Below the pieces are notes generated by a model. It was not told the origin of the DNA and did not search any database. It saw only the letters and a program-made list of their open reading frames with translations. Below are positions 63,630 through 64,000 of a stretch of DNA of 64,000 bases, one piece after another (positions within the stretch are counted from its first letter, which is position 1; every line of letters starts with the position of its first letter). The translations under genes and the position numbers were made by a program. This DNA is from a virus. Where the stretch lies: positions 26,317-90,316 of the IMG/VR virus record IMGVR_UViG_3300025131_000014. One strand, written 5' to 3'.

Positions 63630-63941
63630 AGCACAAGCAAAGTCGTTACGAAAGAATCTCGAGTTTGTTACCATCTCAAAACCCAACGGGCCAAAGGACT
63701 GATGTGTAAAGGAAAGTTAGTATTAAATGTATTGTACAAAGCATTTAATCATCCAAGATAAGAGCAGCAATGCCATGACTATCTGTAGCTATTATAAGAG
63801 CAATCTTTAGCGGTAACAAGTACTATGTCAAGATCACATCCAGGGAAACCGCAAGTCGTAACTATGAGAGTGAGTAAGCAGGCAACAAATGTTTTTTTGT
63901 TGGTCAGTGTTCTGAAAGGATACTGTAGGCTTTGCTGTGCT
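63630..63941 (+). ncRNA. Candidate structured ncRNA (about 310 nt)
   Basis: Ends pair over 14 bp (agcac-a-agcaaagtc / ggctttgct-gtgct), followed by a T-rich tract; internal long-range stems and a GCAA loop. Confidence 0.55.
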
Positions 63942-64000
63942 TCTTTTTGATATTAACAGAAAACAATCGCTTTGTAATCCTGTTAATATGTATACATTAA

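Noticed and set aside
61100-64000. tRNA, tmRNA, RNase P RNA, group I/II intron or hammerhead/HDV ribozyme as the identity of the structured blocks
   Set aside because: I found no cloverleaf or T-loop, no tRNA-like tmRNA ends, no GAGGAAAGUCC P4 motif, no convincing group I P7 pairing or group II domain V, and no CUGANGA core by eye. Divergent versions cannot be excluded without covariance-model searches.

Overview
This window is an AT-rich segment of a crAss-like (Crassvirales-type, podovirus-like) phage, probably infecting Bacteroidota. About 60 kb on the minus strand carries the late/virion module. Right to left it holds small DNA-binding and basic proteins, a putative terminase small subunit, an Amidase_3 endolysin, TerL, portal, a 2336-aa multidomain protein, scaffold-like protein, major capsid protein, ring/adaptor proteins, collagen and Cys-rich fibres, holins plus a unimolecular spanin, an IHF-like protein, tail tube and stabilisation (muzzle) proteins and three cargo proteins. 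It ends in a giant ORF (17826 to off the left edge, at least 5942 codons) that the ORF track missed because it has no stop in the window. That ORF encodes a crAss-type virion RNA polymerase (GSDFDVDK motif). Its C-terminal part carries a zincin protease, a macrodomain-like domain, a NADAR domain, an ADP-ribosyltransferase-like domain and a 2H phosphoesterase. After a strand switch at about 60.2-60.6 kb there is one plus-strand gene and about 2.9 kb of mostly non-coding DNA densely covered with nested stem-loops (GNRA/UUCG loops, G-U pairs on the + strand). It looks like a cluster of large structured ncRNAs. The two best candidates for an undescribed system are (i) the virion-delivered ADP-ribose writer/eraser toolkit fused to the RNAP and (ii) the ncRNA cluster. 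All domain and RNA calls are by-eye motif recognition; no database search or folding program was run.
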